From NCBI RefSeq assembly GCF_006345805.1, contig NC_043011.1, positions 11,780,001-11,844,000 on the forward strand: DNA of 64,000 nt, read 5' to 3'. Numbering within the stretch: the first letter of the stretch is position 1; the number at the start of each line of letters is the position of its first letter. Shown here in pieces: positions 11,789-25,021 of the stretch. Below the pieces are notes generated by a model. That model was not told where the DNA came from. It saw only the letters and a program-made list of their open reading frames with translations, and did not search any database. Both the position numbers and the translations under genes were made by a program. The stretch is from Octopus sinensis (Eukaryota).

Positions 11789-12244
11789 AAATAGTGTTGG
11801 TTTCTAATATAGAAGACATGAATAAATAAATGAGACAAACGCGTTGTGACAGTCATGTTTTTATCATAGGCAGAAATCGTTCCCTAATTTTGGTGTCTTC
11901 TTATAGAGACATAATACCCCATCCACATGGGGAACTTGAAATTTAACTATAATATTTATTGATATAACTAGGAATCGATACAGTTGAAAACACGAGAGAA
12001 TAATGAGTAGTTTCCTGTTTCTAGCGAATTGAAGATGAATAACAATTATTATTTTGGGCTACAAATATAACTAAATAAACTACATTTATATTTCTTTTTG
12101 AATCATGACAGTTTAATAATCTAACATATATATATATCCTCGTGTTTGACTCTTCTGTCCAGCAGTAGTCGCTATGATAGATCGTTAGCCACTACACACA
12201 TTTTTTCTCTCCTTTTTTTTTCTCTCCTTGTTTTTTCTGTGTCC

Positions 12245-12280
12245 CTTTCTGTAGAAGAGCGTAGGCTCGAAACGTAAAAG
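12245..12280 (+). ncRNA. Minimal hammerhead-like motif, variant core CUGUAGA
   Basis: CUUU CUGUAGA A GAGC-GUAG-GCUC GAAAC GUA AAAG. Same family as 5345, 16189, 19781 and 50140. Confidence 0.6.
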
Positions 12281-12617
12281 ACTTTTTCTATTCCTCAGCG
12301 TTATACTAATACATCTGTTTGTATTGTACACCACCTGTCTTCGGCTTTTGTTTTTTTCGTAAACTCTCTCTATACATACATATATATATATATATGATAG
12401 TTTTATAATCTAATCAAATAATAAATATATATAAACAGCTGAGTGGTACAACAAGGCACCAATATTTACTGGAAAATAGCAACCGATATAAATACGACGC
12501 TATTGTATAGCTTCACAGCGTATATACTAGCAAAGACATGTGTGTGTGCAACAAACATGAAAAATTTGTTTTACCTCTAGGAAGGACATTCAATAAATGG
12601 ACAACCCAGAATCGAAT

Positions 12618-12690
12618 AATGCAGGACCGGTTTCTGACTCTTCAAATACGTTTGACAACGTAGATTTGATCTGTCTTCATCAGCTGCATT
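12618..12690 (-). ncRNA. Type I hammerhead ribozyme motif with extended stem II
   Basis: AAUGCAG CUGAUGA A GAC..UCAAAU C UACGUU-GUCA-AACGUA UUUGA..GUC A GAAA CCGG UC CUGCAUU: perfect 7-bp stem I, canonical core, palindromic ACCGGU stem III, GUC triplet. Confidence 0.85.
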
Positions 12691-14116
12691 TACCTAGACA
12701 ATATTTCAAATGTTGCCACATCAATGCCAGAATACTCTCCAGAACGCCTAGCCGTTAGCAGAACAAGAACAGTGAAAACGTTTTCAATGAAAAATAATAT
12801 TGCAATGCAAATATATTACTTTCCAGTAAAATAATGCCCCATAAGGGTAGAAGTATACATATATAAACAGATAAGTGGTACAACAAGGCACCAATATTTA
12901 CTAGAAACTACTCATTATTCTCTTGCGTTTTTAACTGCATCAGTTCCTAGTTACATCAATAAATATTATAGTTAAATTTCAAGATTTCCCATGTGGATGG
13001 GGTATTATGCCTCTATAAGAAGCCACCAAAATTCGGGAACGATTTCTGCCTATGATAAAAACATGACTACCACAACTCGTTTGTCTCAGAATAAAATGCA
13101 CACACTACAGTTATAGATGAATACTAACCTTGGTACAGAAGTACTGGCATAATGATATTCGAGTAGTGTATGCCGTTAACTGGACACAACCGAGTATATA
13201 ATCCGTTCTTGAGATATTCAGACATGTACATTTTATTTAATATACAGTCCATAATATACTTCGGAACATGCCCCTCGCATGAGATAGGTGAATTACAAAT
13301 AAATAAGTAACAATTGATGGGCAGATGTTAATTCATTACAACCGTTTCTACGCCAAGAGCCAGTAGTAGAATTACTAAATATGTATGTACCGTGGATTTT
13401 AAATTATTTCAAATATCCTTCATTCTAAAATTCATGTACTCATCTGAAGGAAACGGGTTTTTATAATGTTCTAATTGATTAATTAAAAAATTCGTTAGAA
13501 ACGGCTAGAATAAACTGACACCTATCCATCAATTGTTTTACACACACACAAACACATATATATATATATTTCATTTTGATTTTTCTTTTTGTGTTTTGAA
13601 ATTATCATTGGCAGCTCTGTAACCAATGGCGAAGAAAGAAGCATAATTTGGATCCAAATTCTGATGAGACTGAAGATGGGGGTGAATGAAATTTTACTAA
13701 TATGGGGATAGCGGCTGGTGTTTGCCAGTTTGGGAAACAACTATTTGACGGCATCGCTCTTTAAATCACATATTTGCCAACTGGAAATAAAGGCAATTCT
13801 CGTATCTTATGAGAAGTGTGGATCTCAGGTCCATGAGCGTGCAGATATGATCATGTGGTTAAAAGGTTTGCTTTGTAATCACGTGATTCATATGATTAAT
13901 ACTAAGTAGACGGAAACTGCGTTGAAGTCCGACGGGTAGATTTCACCTGTTCACGTGAGCTTAATCCTCATCCCTGACCCTGTTTATTTTTGTGACTTGG
14001 GTGGATACCACTCTGTCGCAAGTATTTGGACCATGTTCGCAACTCAGACTAAACCATGAAAGAAAAACAAGAAACGTTAAAGGCCACTTGTGTACAATTA
14101 TCAAAAGAAAATTATC

Positions 14117-14515
14117 AGGCGTAGGAGTGGCTGTGTGGTAAGTAGCTTGCTTACGAACCACATGGTTCCGGGTTCAGTCCCACTGCGTGGCACCTTGGGC
14201 AAGTGTCTTCTACTATAACCTCGGGCCGACCAATGCCTTGTGAGTGGATCTGGTAGATGGAAACTGAAAGAAGCCCGTTGTATATATGTATATATATATA
14301 TGTGTGTGTTTATGTGTTGTCTTTGCCCCCCCCCCATCGCTTGACAACTGATGCTGGTGTGTTTACGTCCCCGTAACTTAGCGTTTCGGCAAAAGAGACC
14401 GATAGAATAAGTACTGAGCTTACAAAGAATAAGTCCTGGGGTCGAGTTGTTCAATTAAAGGCGGTGCTCCAGCATGGCCGCAGTCAAATGACTGAAACAA
14501 GTAAAAGAGTAAAAG
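14117..14515 (+). mobile_element. Bipartite tRNA-derived SINE
   Basis: Full head, (TA)n and tail module ending gtaaaagagtaaaag. Confidence 0.85.
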
Positions 14516-14807
14516 AGAGTAAATAGAGATCAAAATAATGTCATACATTTTATGCTCAGCAAATAAGAAGATCGAGTTGGTGAATGATTAAAACGATGGG
14601 AATTTCTTTACTTCTTTTCTTGTCTTGTTTTGTTGTGTCTGCGGAGAGTCGTTTTCTTTTTGTGCCTTATAACCAAATCCAAAAACGAAATATTGTCTTG
14701 TTTTATTTTACCATTATAAAATAAAATTGATGTTTCGTGAGCATAATCGTAATTTACACCGCGGGAAATTATCTCTATATATTAATCTATCTATATGTAC
14801 GTTTCTA

Positions 14808-15145
14808 TTGGCTGTGTGGTAAGTAGCTTGTTTACCAGCCATATGGTTCCGGGTTCAGTCCCACTGCGTGGCATCTTGGGCAAGTGTCTTTTACTATAGC
14901 TTCGGGCCTTGTGAGTGGATTTGGTAGATGGAAACTGAAAGAAGCCCGTCGTATATATGTGTATATGTTTGTCCCCCCAACATCGCTTGACAACCGATGC
15001 TGGTATATTTATGTCCCCGTAACTTAGCGGTTCGGCAAAAGTAACCGATAGAATAAGTACTAGGTTTACAAAGAATAAGTCCTGGGTTCGATTTGCTCGG
15101 CTAAAGGCGGTGCTCCAGCATGGCCTCAGTCTGAAACAAGTAAAA
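14808..15145 (+). mobile_element. Bipartite tRNA-derived SINE
   Basis: Same family as 14117-14515. Confidence 0.8.
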
Positions 15146-15658
15146 AAGTATGTCTATAAATATATGTGCACTCACAGACGCATACACACACATACACACG
15201 CACACACTTTTAAAATGCCGTTGAATAAAGTCGTGAAAGTGAGGTTTGATAGATTGTTTATCACAATCCTCTTCGACACTCGGCCAAAATGGTAGGTGCG
15301 TTTTAAGAATGAAATATTCTGAACAACTGAACATATGGGATGATTTTATCGTGGAGTAAGTAACACTGCAGGGTGTTGCTGAATGATAAAGTGAGGAAGG
15401 TGGCTAATTCCTGGCATAACTTATTCAGCCATTGATTACCACAAACTTTATATTGAAGCCACATGACGTATAGAATTGCGTGAATGTGTTTATATTTGCA
15501 TCGGTCTGTTAGTGAATGTGAGACTACCCTCATGAATGCGATCGTTAAAGACGGAATTCCTTTCTCACCGACCGCCATCTCTCTTCTTTCTCGAAGGAAG
15601 TGGAGATATGCATTCATTTACATACATACACACACACACACACATAAACACACACACA

Positions 15659-15660
<2 letters not shown>

Positions 15661-15727
<67 letters not shown>

Positions 15728-15740
15728 CATATACAAACAC

Positions 15741-15811
<71 letters not shown>

Positions 15812-15850
15812 CAGCAGCAGCAGCAATAGCAACAACAACAGCAGCAGCAG
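15661..15850. repeat. Compound microsatellite (TA)n-(TAG)n-(CAG/CAA)n
   Basis: Read directly from the sequence; it accounts for the poly-L/T/A ORFs in the track. Confidence 0.95.
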
Positions 15851-16188
15851 TATTGGCTGAATGTTGTTGGTTGGTAGTATTAAAAGTAGTTGAGCCAAAT
15901 TTATTTTCATTCCAGCAATTACAGTTACTAACTACTGTCACCATTATCCTCACTACTGCCATTCGCTTCAAACATCATTTTACAACAACAAATACTTAAC
16001 CTATCAAATATACCACTACTTTCCTCACTACTTGTAATGTATCATGTACAATTAAGTGTTTTGCAGGAAATTAAAGGAATGTTTAAAGCTAGCAACAAAA
16101 TTATATATATATATGACGCCATGATAGATCGTTAGCCACTACACACATTTTTTCTCTCCTTGTTTCTCTCCTTGTTTTTTCTATGTCC

Positions 16189-16224
16189 CTTTCTGTAGAA
16201 GAGCGTAGGCTCGAAACGTAAAAG
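16189..16224 (+). ncRNA. Minimal hammerhead-like motif, variant core CUGUAGA
   Basis: Identical to the 12245-12280 motif. Confidence 0.6.
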
Positions 16225-17549
16225 ACTTTTTCTATTCCTCAGCGTTATACTAATACATCTGTTTGATTTGTAGACCACCTATCTTCGTCTTTTGTTTTTT
16301 TTTTCGTAAACTCTCCCTATATATATATATATAAATAATATTAGGGTAATAAGAATCATAGAAATTGTTATTACCAGTGGCCTAGCAAAAAAGAAAAAAA
16401 TTAGTCAATAGACTATATATTATTCACATAAAAATCTCGTGTACATTAAAACACCTTAAGAGGCATCCAAATAGGAAAGCCTTGTGCTAGAAAGAGCAGT
16501 AGAAAACGCAAACCACTAATTAGGGATCTATTCTCGGAAGGAATGAAAATTAAAAACGTTTACCATCTAATTTAGTTCCTAGATCATGGTTTCTGACTAA
16601 TTCCAGTAAAAAATATTAACTGAGGCTATATATATATACAATTATTTTCTTTATTTCTTACATACCAACAGAAAATAGACCTCTTCCAGATACAATAATT
16701 TGATAGTAATTAGACAGGATATAATATGTGAGTACAGTTATATACTATATAAAATAAGTTTAGATAATAATGATTATACATTATACGTTAGATATGTATA
16801 ATGTATAACGAGAATGTGCTTATATATATTTTATTGGTTTTACTAAGTCAGTTGAATAATTTGCGTTGTTAAAAAATTGGTTTTGAAATTAGCCTGGTAG
16901 AAAGAAGAAAAGCAATTTTGCGCTCCGTTCAACTACTGGGTGCCATGCATTAAGAAAAACTGGATGAGAACGACTCAGTTGTATACAACATAAGTTAAGT
17001 GTTTGTGTTTTTTTTTAGTTCAAGTCTCATTTGAATGTTACATGTGAGCCCAAATATAATGTGTCAGACGTAAATGAAGACTAGATTCACATACATGTTT
17101 ACAAACTGGTAGAAACAGACGACATCAGTAAATTTCTCACTAATCTTAGTATGAGCGGGATTTGAAAGTATTACAGGAGAGAAAATTGTTTGACTTTCAC
17201 GTAAATAGCTAAAATGGGTGGAAGATTACTGCTCTCTGATTAATGAGTAAAACAGGCGATGAAACGTCGAAACTAAAATGTTAATACGTCACCAGTTGCA
17301 TGAAGACCTGAATGAAGTTGCCAAAGATTCTTGTTTCGTGAGGAGTATCTTTTCATTTAAAACATATGGTGACTATTGTATGTGTACTGAGCTAAGGATG
17401 TCGATTAAAATGTTGACCAATCATCAGCCATTTATAGAGGTTTTCCATTAATACATAATTTTCATATCAATTGATAACATTATAGAGAAGGTAGATATAT
17501 AGACAAAGATGTCGATTTAAATTTTAAGAACATTAATCTATATATAGCT

Positions 17550-18733
17550 TTCATGTGCGGCAGATGCACAGGGACAATAGACACCACAAACACTCAGAAA
17601 ACAGATTCCATCACACCCCAGGGGGAGAAACTAGAAGTAATTGATAGTTTCCGCTACCTGGGTGACCAAGTTAGTAGTGGAGGTGGATGCTCAGAGAATG
17701 TTACCACTAGAATACGAATAGCCTTGGCAAAGTTTAGAAAGCTCCTACCCCTACTGGCGACAAAGGGTCTCTCGCTCAGAGTGAAAGGTAGATTGTATGA
17801 TGCATGTGTGCGAACTGCCATGCTTCACGATAGTGAAACATGGGCTGTGACTGCAGAGGACATGCGTAGACTTGAAAGAAATGAAGTTAGCATGATCCGC
17901 TGGATGTGTAATGTCAGTGTGTGCGCACGACAGAGTGTAAGCACCCTGAGAGAAATGATGGACATAAGAAGCATCAGATGTGGTGTGCAAGAGCGACGCT
18001 TGCGATGGTATGGTCATGTACTGCGGATGGATGAGGAGAGATGTATGAAGAAGTGCTGCTCCCAAACAGTTGAAGGTATTAGGGGGAGAGGTAGACCCAG
18101 GAAGACATGGGATGAGGTAGTCAAGCATGACCTCAGAGCGTTGGGCCTCACAGAGGCAATGACGAAGGACTGTGATCTCTGGAGATATGCTGTGACTGCA
18201 ATGACCCGGGCTGCTTCCTGTACCAGTTTCGCATAGCCCCTGCCCATTCAAAGTACCTTGGATTTCAGTACATCCCGCTGTGCTTGAGGAGACCTATTGA
18301 GTCAAGTACATGAACATCGAAATAAATATCAATGGAAATAGTAGTTGTGATACCTGTGCCGGAAGCACATAAAAAGCACCATCCGAACGTGGTCGATGCC
18401 AGCGCCGCCTCGACTGGCTTCTGTGCCGGTGGGACGTAAAAGGCACCATCTGAACGTGGCCGATGCCAGCGCCGCCTTGACTGGCTTCCGTGCCGGTGGC
18501 ACGTTAAAAGCACCAACCGATCGTGGCCGCTGCCAGACTCCTCTGGTACCTGTGCTGGTGGCACGTAAAAAGCACCCACTACACTCGCGGAGTGGTTGAC
18601 GTTAAGAAGGGTATCCAGCTGTAGAAATACTGCCAGATCAGACTGGAGCCTGGTGCAGCCCCTGGCTTCCCAGACCCCGGTCGAACCGTCCAACCCACGC
18701 TACCGCGGAAAACGATGATGATGATGATGATGA
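17550..18733 (+). mobile_element. 5'-truncated RTE-clade LINE with 3' UTR minisatellite and (GAT)n tail
   Basis: LEVIDSFRYLGDQVSSGGG...KGRLYDACVRTAMLH.SETW...RRLRWYGHVLRM...RGRGRPRKTW. The 3' UTR carries ~67-bp tandem repeats (18355-18580) and ends in a GAT repeat. Confidence 0.9.
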
Positions 18734-19906
18734 TATATATATATATATATTCCCCCCGAAACTATTTTTTATGAAAGCATTTCATATACAATTTCAATAA
18801 TGAATTCGTTTGGCAGATTATTTCCAAGAAATATTGAATATATGTAAAAGGAATCAGTTTACCCACTTCTAAGAAACGATTTACAGGCACTGCGGGATAA
18901 AGATAAGCACAGTAATATAAGCGTCTGCTGAATTTGTTTTTATCCATTACGATTCCATTTTGTTACAATTTATCTATTAAGTTGTGTTTTTATCCAACCT
19001 TTACACCAGATACAATATATTCTTTTAAGTAACACAGACATTAACTGCCCTGTGCATTCATGAACACCCATTATTCAGCACAGAATGATTTTTCTGTTTC
19101 TTAGTGCAACACAACACACATAAAGAACATTTTTTGTATGCCAGACACAGTTGTGGGCTTAGCAAGTTCGCTTTACAGGTAATTACTATCAGGGTCTATC
19201 TCATCATAGGTACCTGAGGGAAATATCTTCTATTATAGCTTCGGGTTGACCATCGCATTGACTTTTGTGGACTAAAATTATGCAGATATAAATATTAAAA
19301 TAAGGTGTTAACCATTACGATATGCAAATTAGAAGCTCTAGTTTTTTTCTCAATATTCGGAGAAGTAGGTAAATTTGCCATGTTTATATATTTACTTCAA
19401 AGGTAACACACACACACACACACACAACTATATATACGCACACACACAGAGCTACACAGACACACACACACCCTCAAATTTATTCATATATGAAAGTCTG
19501 TTTCCAGCCAATAGATCCGTTAAACCAGAGTTTATCCCGGTTTCAATGGCACTAAAGCTCTAAACTAAAGACTAATGTGACACCTGATACCAGACACCGC
19601 CCCCGCTGGTATTCATTTTAACCTTGAGTGGACGGGTTACGTAGTGCTTTGTTCATGCTTATGCATGTATATATGATAGATCGTTAGCTACTACACACAT
19701 TTTTTCTCTCCTTGTTTTTTCTCCCCTTTTTTCTCTCCTTTTTTCCCTCCTTTTTTTCTCTCCTTGTTTTTTCTGTGTCCCTTTCTGTAGAAGAGCGTAG
19801 GCTCAAAACGTAAAAGACTTTTTCTATTCCTGAGCACAATACTAATACATCTGTTTGTTTTGTACGCCACCTGTCTTCGTCTTTTGTTTATTTTCGTAAA
19901 CTTTCC

Positions 19907-19961
<55 letters not shown>

Positions 19962-19975
19962 CACCCACATCTATC

Positions 19976-20040
<65 letters not shown>

Positions 20041-20042
20041 CA

Positions 20043-20212
20043 TAGGAGTGGCTGCGTGGTAAGTAGCTTGCTTACCAACCACATGATCCTGGGTTCAGTT
20101 CCACTGCGTGGTACCTAGGGCAAATGTTTTCTACTATAGCCTCGGACCGACCAAAGCCTTGTGAGTGGATTTGGTAGACGAAAATGAAAGAAGCCTATCG
20201 TGTGTATATATG

Positions 20213-20258
<46 letters not shown>

Positions 20259-20481
20259 ATAGGATAAAATGTTTCGAAAAAAATTTATCAATGGCCAGCA
20301 TATTAAAAAATACCTTTAAAGGTTAAATTTATAAATAACTTATAAAATAAGGGCAAAAGAAAAAAATTGTAATGCCAAATATGCCGAAACCAATTATAAT
20401 TTATATAACCAATTATAATTTATCACTATTAACACGTGTCTCAAAACAAGCCGAAAGAAATTTCTAAAAATTCCGTTATTA

Positions 20482-20539
<58 letters not shown>

Positions 20540-20715
20540 TGGGTGTTTACTTAGAGTAACTTAGTGTTTACTTAGTGTAACTCAGCTTGACAACCAATGT
20601 TGGTGTGTTTACTTAGTGTAACTTAGTGGTTCGGCAAAAGAGACCGATTGAATAAGTACTAGGCTTACAAAGAATAAGTCCTGGGGTCAATTTCTTCGAC
20701 TAAAAGGCTGTGCCC
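20043..20715 (+). mobile_element. Bipartite SINE interrupted at its central (TA)n by a ~230-bp AT-rich insert
   Basis: Head at 20043-20200, insert at ~20256-20488 flanked by (TA)n, tail module at ~20580-20715. Confidence 0.75.
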
Positions 20716-21173
20716 CATCTTGGCGTCTGTGAAATAATATGTATGTGTGAGTATATCCGACAAGAGGAATTACGCAAGATTCCGTTAACCAAGCATCTGG
20801 AAATATGCAGCGACGGAAAATTTTATATCTTTCCCTTTTACAAATGTTCACCCGCGATACCGAAAAGCAATGGAGCTACACTGCATCAAAAAATTCTCTC
20901 CAAAATTGAATGTTTGAAAGAAAAGCAGAGAACTTACATTTTTGATTTTAAATGTAATTCTAAAATTGGAAACATGATACTCATCTCTATAAATATCCAA
21001 GTATATATATAACATTGGAATATTTTAACTTTACGTATTTTTCTATTTGTAATATTGTTTGTTCATGCTAAACATGAAATTGAAAGAAACCTGGCTTTTA
21101 TCTTTTAATACAAAACACCGAGGTTACACAAAGTGCGATTGTATGGGAAAACTCTCATAGAGCTTCTTATCTT

Positions 21174-21591
21174 GGATCTTTTCGGTTTGAACGGCAGTTT
21201 TTTCTAGCGGTGTCATATGAAATTGTCACCCATAATTATGACCCTAGTATCGATCTATTGCATTTCAATCTGTTTTAGGGTTAGGGTTAGGGGTGGGGGA
21301 AGGGTATCTTTTTTTCTTCGCAAATGTAAATAAACCCAATCTGTTTCTTAAACGAGGGACATATTCATACGGCACAGAATGTTTTTTTTTACCTCAATAG
21401 ACGTCAGTGATTGGTTGAAATTGCAGAAATTGAAGAAAAAAACAACAAATATCTTATAAACTATAGAATTTTCTCAATAAAGCCAAGAGAAAAAGATGTT
21501 TTATAAAAACATTCTACCACTATACGAAGTTAAAAATTTTTTAGTTACCTAGAAATTATGTTAAAAACTGCCGTTCAAACCGAAAGGATCC
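21174..21591 (+). mobile_element. MITE, GGATCTTTTCGGTTTGAACGGCAG TIRs, 8-bp TSD CTTATCTT, internal (TTAGGG)3
   Basis: TIRs at both ends; TSD at 21166-21173 and 21592-21599; TTAGGG x3 at 21275-21292. Confidence 0.9.
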
Positions 21592-23350
21592 CTTATCTTT
21601 TTTCCGACACCTTATGGAAAGAAAGAAAGATACAATTACTGTTGTTTCTGCTCCAGTATTTATAACACGATACTGATCTCTATAACATTGGGTTTAATTT
21701 TTCTAATTTGTAAATATTGTACTAATGTTTGTGGATGTAAAAACATGAAATTAAAAAAAAAAACTGACTTTATTTTTCAATACAAGACATCGAAATTACA
21801 GTGTAGATAAAGACATATTTCCAAACACATGAACTCACATACACTCATGCGTACACATACACATACATACGCACGCGCACACACGCACACACATTTAATT
21901 TTTCATAGAACCTCTTCCTTCTGGCACATTAAGAAAAAGAAAAAAACAAAAATGCTTTCAGTGATGACCGTACCCCATCCTTTTTTCATTATTCTCCCCA
22001 TCCTAAAATTGACATCTTGAAGAGGTCACCATCCTTGAACTTATGTCAGTAGCTATAAAATGGTAAATAACTAGACAAATAATTTGGATATATAAGAGGA
22101 TTTATATATTCTAAAATATCCATGGGGGTACATTGAAACATTTTAAAAACAAATAGGATCCAATATTTTTGTAGGCACATGCATAACTGTGTGATTGAGA
22201 AGATCGCTTTGTAACAGCATAGTTTTTGGCTCAGTATCACTGCACGGGCCGACAAATGCTTTGTGAATGAATTTAGCAGACAGAAACTGTGCGGATACCT
22301 GTCGTATATGTGTGTACGCAAGTACTGGGATCGATTTCTTCGATTCAACACTTCAAAGTGGTGCCCCAGCATGGCCATAATCCAACGAATGAAAGATGTA
22401 AAAAGTAAAAGCTAACAATAGGTACACTCATTTAGCAATCATTGAGTTTAGAACACCAAATCCAGTTTTGTCCCTCAGACTGAAATCGTATTCTATGGTG
22501 GACAAGGCCGTCCTTCTTTATGGGTCATTCCCAGTACTTGTTTTTAAAGTCTGGTACTTACTATATCGATCTCTTTTACTGAACCATTTTGTTACGGTGA
22601 TGTAAACAAACCAATACCGTTTCTCAAGTTGTAGCTGGACAAACACAGCCGTAGACTATGTCCTCAAGATCTGGTGGCCGGACAAAATTTCAAGCAGAAG
22701 TTTGTGGGATAGAACGGGCCAACTCCCATCAACCAAGAAATTCTGTATAGGAAATAGAGCTGGATCGGTCACATAATGTCAAATTATTGTTTTAATTAAC
22801 CAACCAGTCACTATTTTTACTGTTTTGTTCTCGTTGTTCTGTCTTTTACTGTTTTTACTTTTTTACTGTTTTGTTCTCACTGTCTTGTTCTTGTTAACAA
22901 TTTCACCCTCCGCAAAAAATCCCAAATTTTATTTAATTTGCTTTGCGGGAAGGACTGTTTCAACGAAGTCGCGTCTTGTTCTTACCTTTGAACGCGGAGT
23001 AGTTGAAACAGGGACAACTGAAGAATATTCTTTAAGTTGTATGTCTCGTTTCTCTGTTTGTTTTTTCGTTGTCCGAAAAAAAAGTTCGTTTCTATGTTTT
23101 TGTTTTTATGTTTTCGTTTCTCATTGTGTTCAACGTTATTTTTTGATGTCCTGCACCCATATATACATGTATATATACATATATATGTAGGTATGTACAT
23201 ATATGTATGTATATATGCATATATCTATATATTATTTATATTATTATATGATCGAACGCCACGCATCCTTTTCCAAGTAAGTTATATATATATATATATA
23301 TATATATAACAATTTAATAAATAAAGTATATGCATACACACACACACACG

Positions 23351-23422
<72 letters not shown>

Positions 23423-23439
23423 CTTATATATATATATAT

Positions 23440-23673
23440 GTAACTCTTTTGCTCTTGTACACGTTTCAGTTATTTGACTGCGGCCGTGCTGGACCACCGC
23501 CTTTAGTTGAAGAAATCGACCCCAAAACTTATTCGTTGTAAGCCTAGTATTTATTCTACCGGTGTCTTTTGCCGAACCGCTTAGTTTCGGGGATACAAAC
23601 ACACCAACATCGGTTGCCAAGCGATGGTGGCGGGGAAAAACACAGACACAAAGACACACACACGCACACACAC

Positions 23674-23711
<38 letters not shown>

Positions 23712-23878
23712 TTTATATATATATACGATGGGATGCTTTCAGTTTTCGTCTACCAAATCCACTCACAAGGCTTTGCTCAGCTCGAGGCTATAGCAGAAGG
23801 CACTTGCTCACGGTGTCACGCAGTGGGACTGAACCCAGAGCCATATGATTGGGAACCAAGCTTCTTACCATACAGCCA
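23440..23878 (-). mobile_element. Bipartite tRNA-derived SINE
   Basis: Reverse complement of the head and tail modules. Confidence 0.8.
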
Positions 23879-23984
23879 TATTTAAGTAAAATAATGAGGG
23901 TAGAAATTAATTAATGTCAATTTAAACCAGTGGCCTAGCATACTTTAAAAATCTCCGAAGACCTTGAATTATATTACACATAAT

Positions 23985-24271
23985 TAAGAGGAATAGCCAC
24001 CAAGGTGGATTCCTAATATGTTAGAAGACGCGAAATCGTCTTGCCACATATGTTCTCAAAAATTTTAGCAAACGCCAGAATGTAAGCGGCCAAGATCATT
24101 AATAGTGAAATCTTAAGGTATGAAGTTAATTGTCCTATTTTGTATTTATTTGTCTTGCTCGCTTATATTCTGGCGTTTGCTAAAATTTTTGAGAACATAT
24201 TCTTCGTGGTAAGATGATTTGGCGTCTTCTTCTAGCATATTAGCAATCCACCTTGGTGGCTATTCCTCTTA
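23985..24271. repeat. Fold-back inverted repeat, ~110-bp arms, ~57-nt spacer
   Basis: taagaggaatagccaccaaggtggatt...gccagaatgtaagcggccaaga versus tcttgctcgcttatattctggc...aatccaccttggtggctattcctctta. Confidence 0.9.
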
Positions 24272-24282
24272 TTTATATAAAT

Positions 24283-24369
<87 letters not shown>

Positions 24370-24835
24370 CCACATATACAATCATACATACATACACACA
24401 TACACACAGTCAATTCAAATAAACAGACGATAAAATTAACAATAACAGACGACAAGAGGACGTGCAGGAGGAATGTATTAGTTTGATGCTCCGTAAAAAG
24501 AGAAAGTTTTTGACGTTCCGCGCATAGGTCTTCGTCGGAAAGAAGGAACAGAGATCGCCAACAGTACGTGTGTAGTGACATTGCTGAAGTATATATATAT
24601 ATATGTGAGTTAGTTTAGGCAAACACTATCTGAGAGAGATCTTCTTTAAGTATTAGAAATAGCTGAAGAAATTTCTTTAGCTGCTATTTCTAATGAGTTC
24701 AGTATGTGGCAAAGTAATTTATTTTACTAAGCCCTTATATATAATGTAATATTTGAATTCGCCTATAATGGTCCCTTTACATACTGAACACTTGGTGAAA
24801 CTGATTAATAATTAATTAATTTTACCCTCAATTGT

Positions 24836-25005
<170 letters not shown>

Positions 25006-25021
25006 AGTGTTTTCAGTTGGG

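Larger units (their letters stand above)
11831..13088. repeat. ~185-bp inverted repeats (11831-12014 and 12904-13088) enclosing two hammerhead-bearing elements
   Basis: tgagacaaacgcgttgtgacagtcatgtttttatcatagg...aataatgagtagtttc matches the reverse complement of gaaactactcattatt...catgactaccacaactcgtttgtctca with scattered mismatches. Confidence 0.9.

Noticed and set aside
13661-13700. CTGATGAG string; similar strings at ~35339 and ~51114
   Set aside because: No compatible stem I, stem II or GAAA arrangement; chance heptamers.
16575-16603. Hammerhead 3' half (GUCA GAAA CCAUGA UC) on the minus strand
   Set aside because: The element is truncated before any CUGANGA, so the motif is incomplete.
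18355-18580. Regularly spaced repeats suggestive of a CRISPR array; also 9106-9478
   Set aside because: These are head-to-tail tandem units without unique spacers, in eukaryotic retroelement context.
24507-24543. Minus-strand hammerhead-like motif CCGACGA...GGAACGUC
   Set aside because: Core U4 and GAAA are mutated and stems I and II are broken; useful only as evidence of ancestry.
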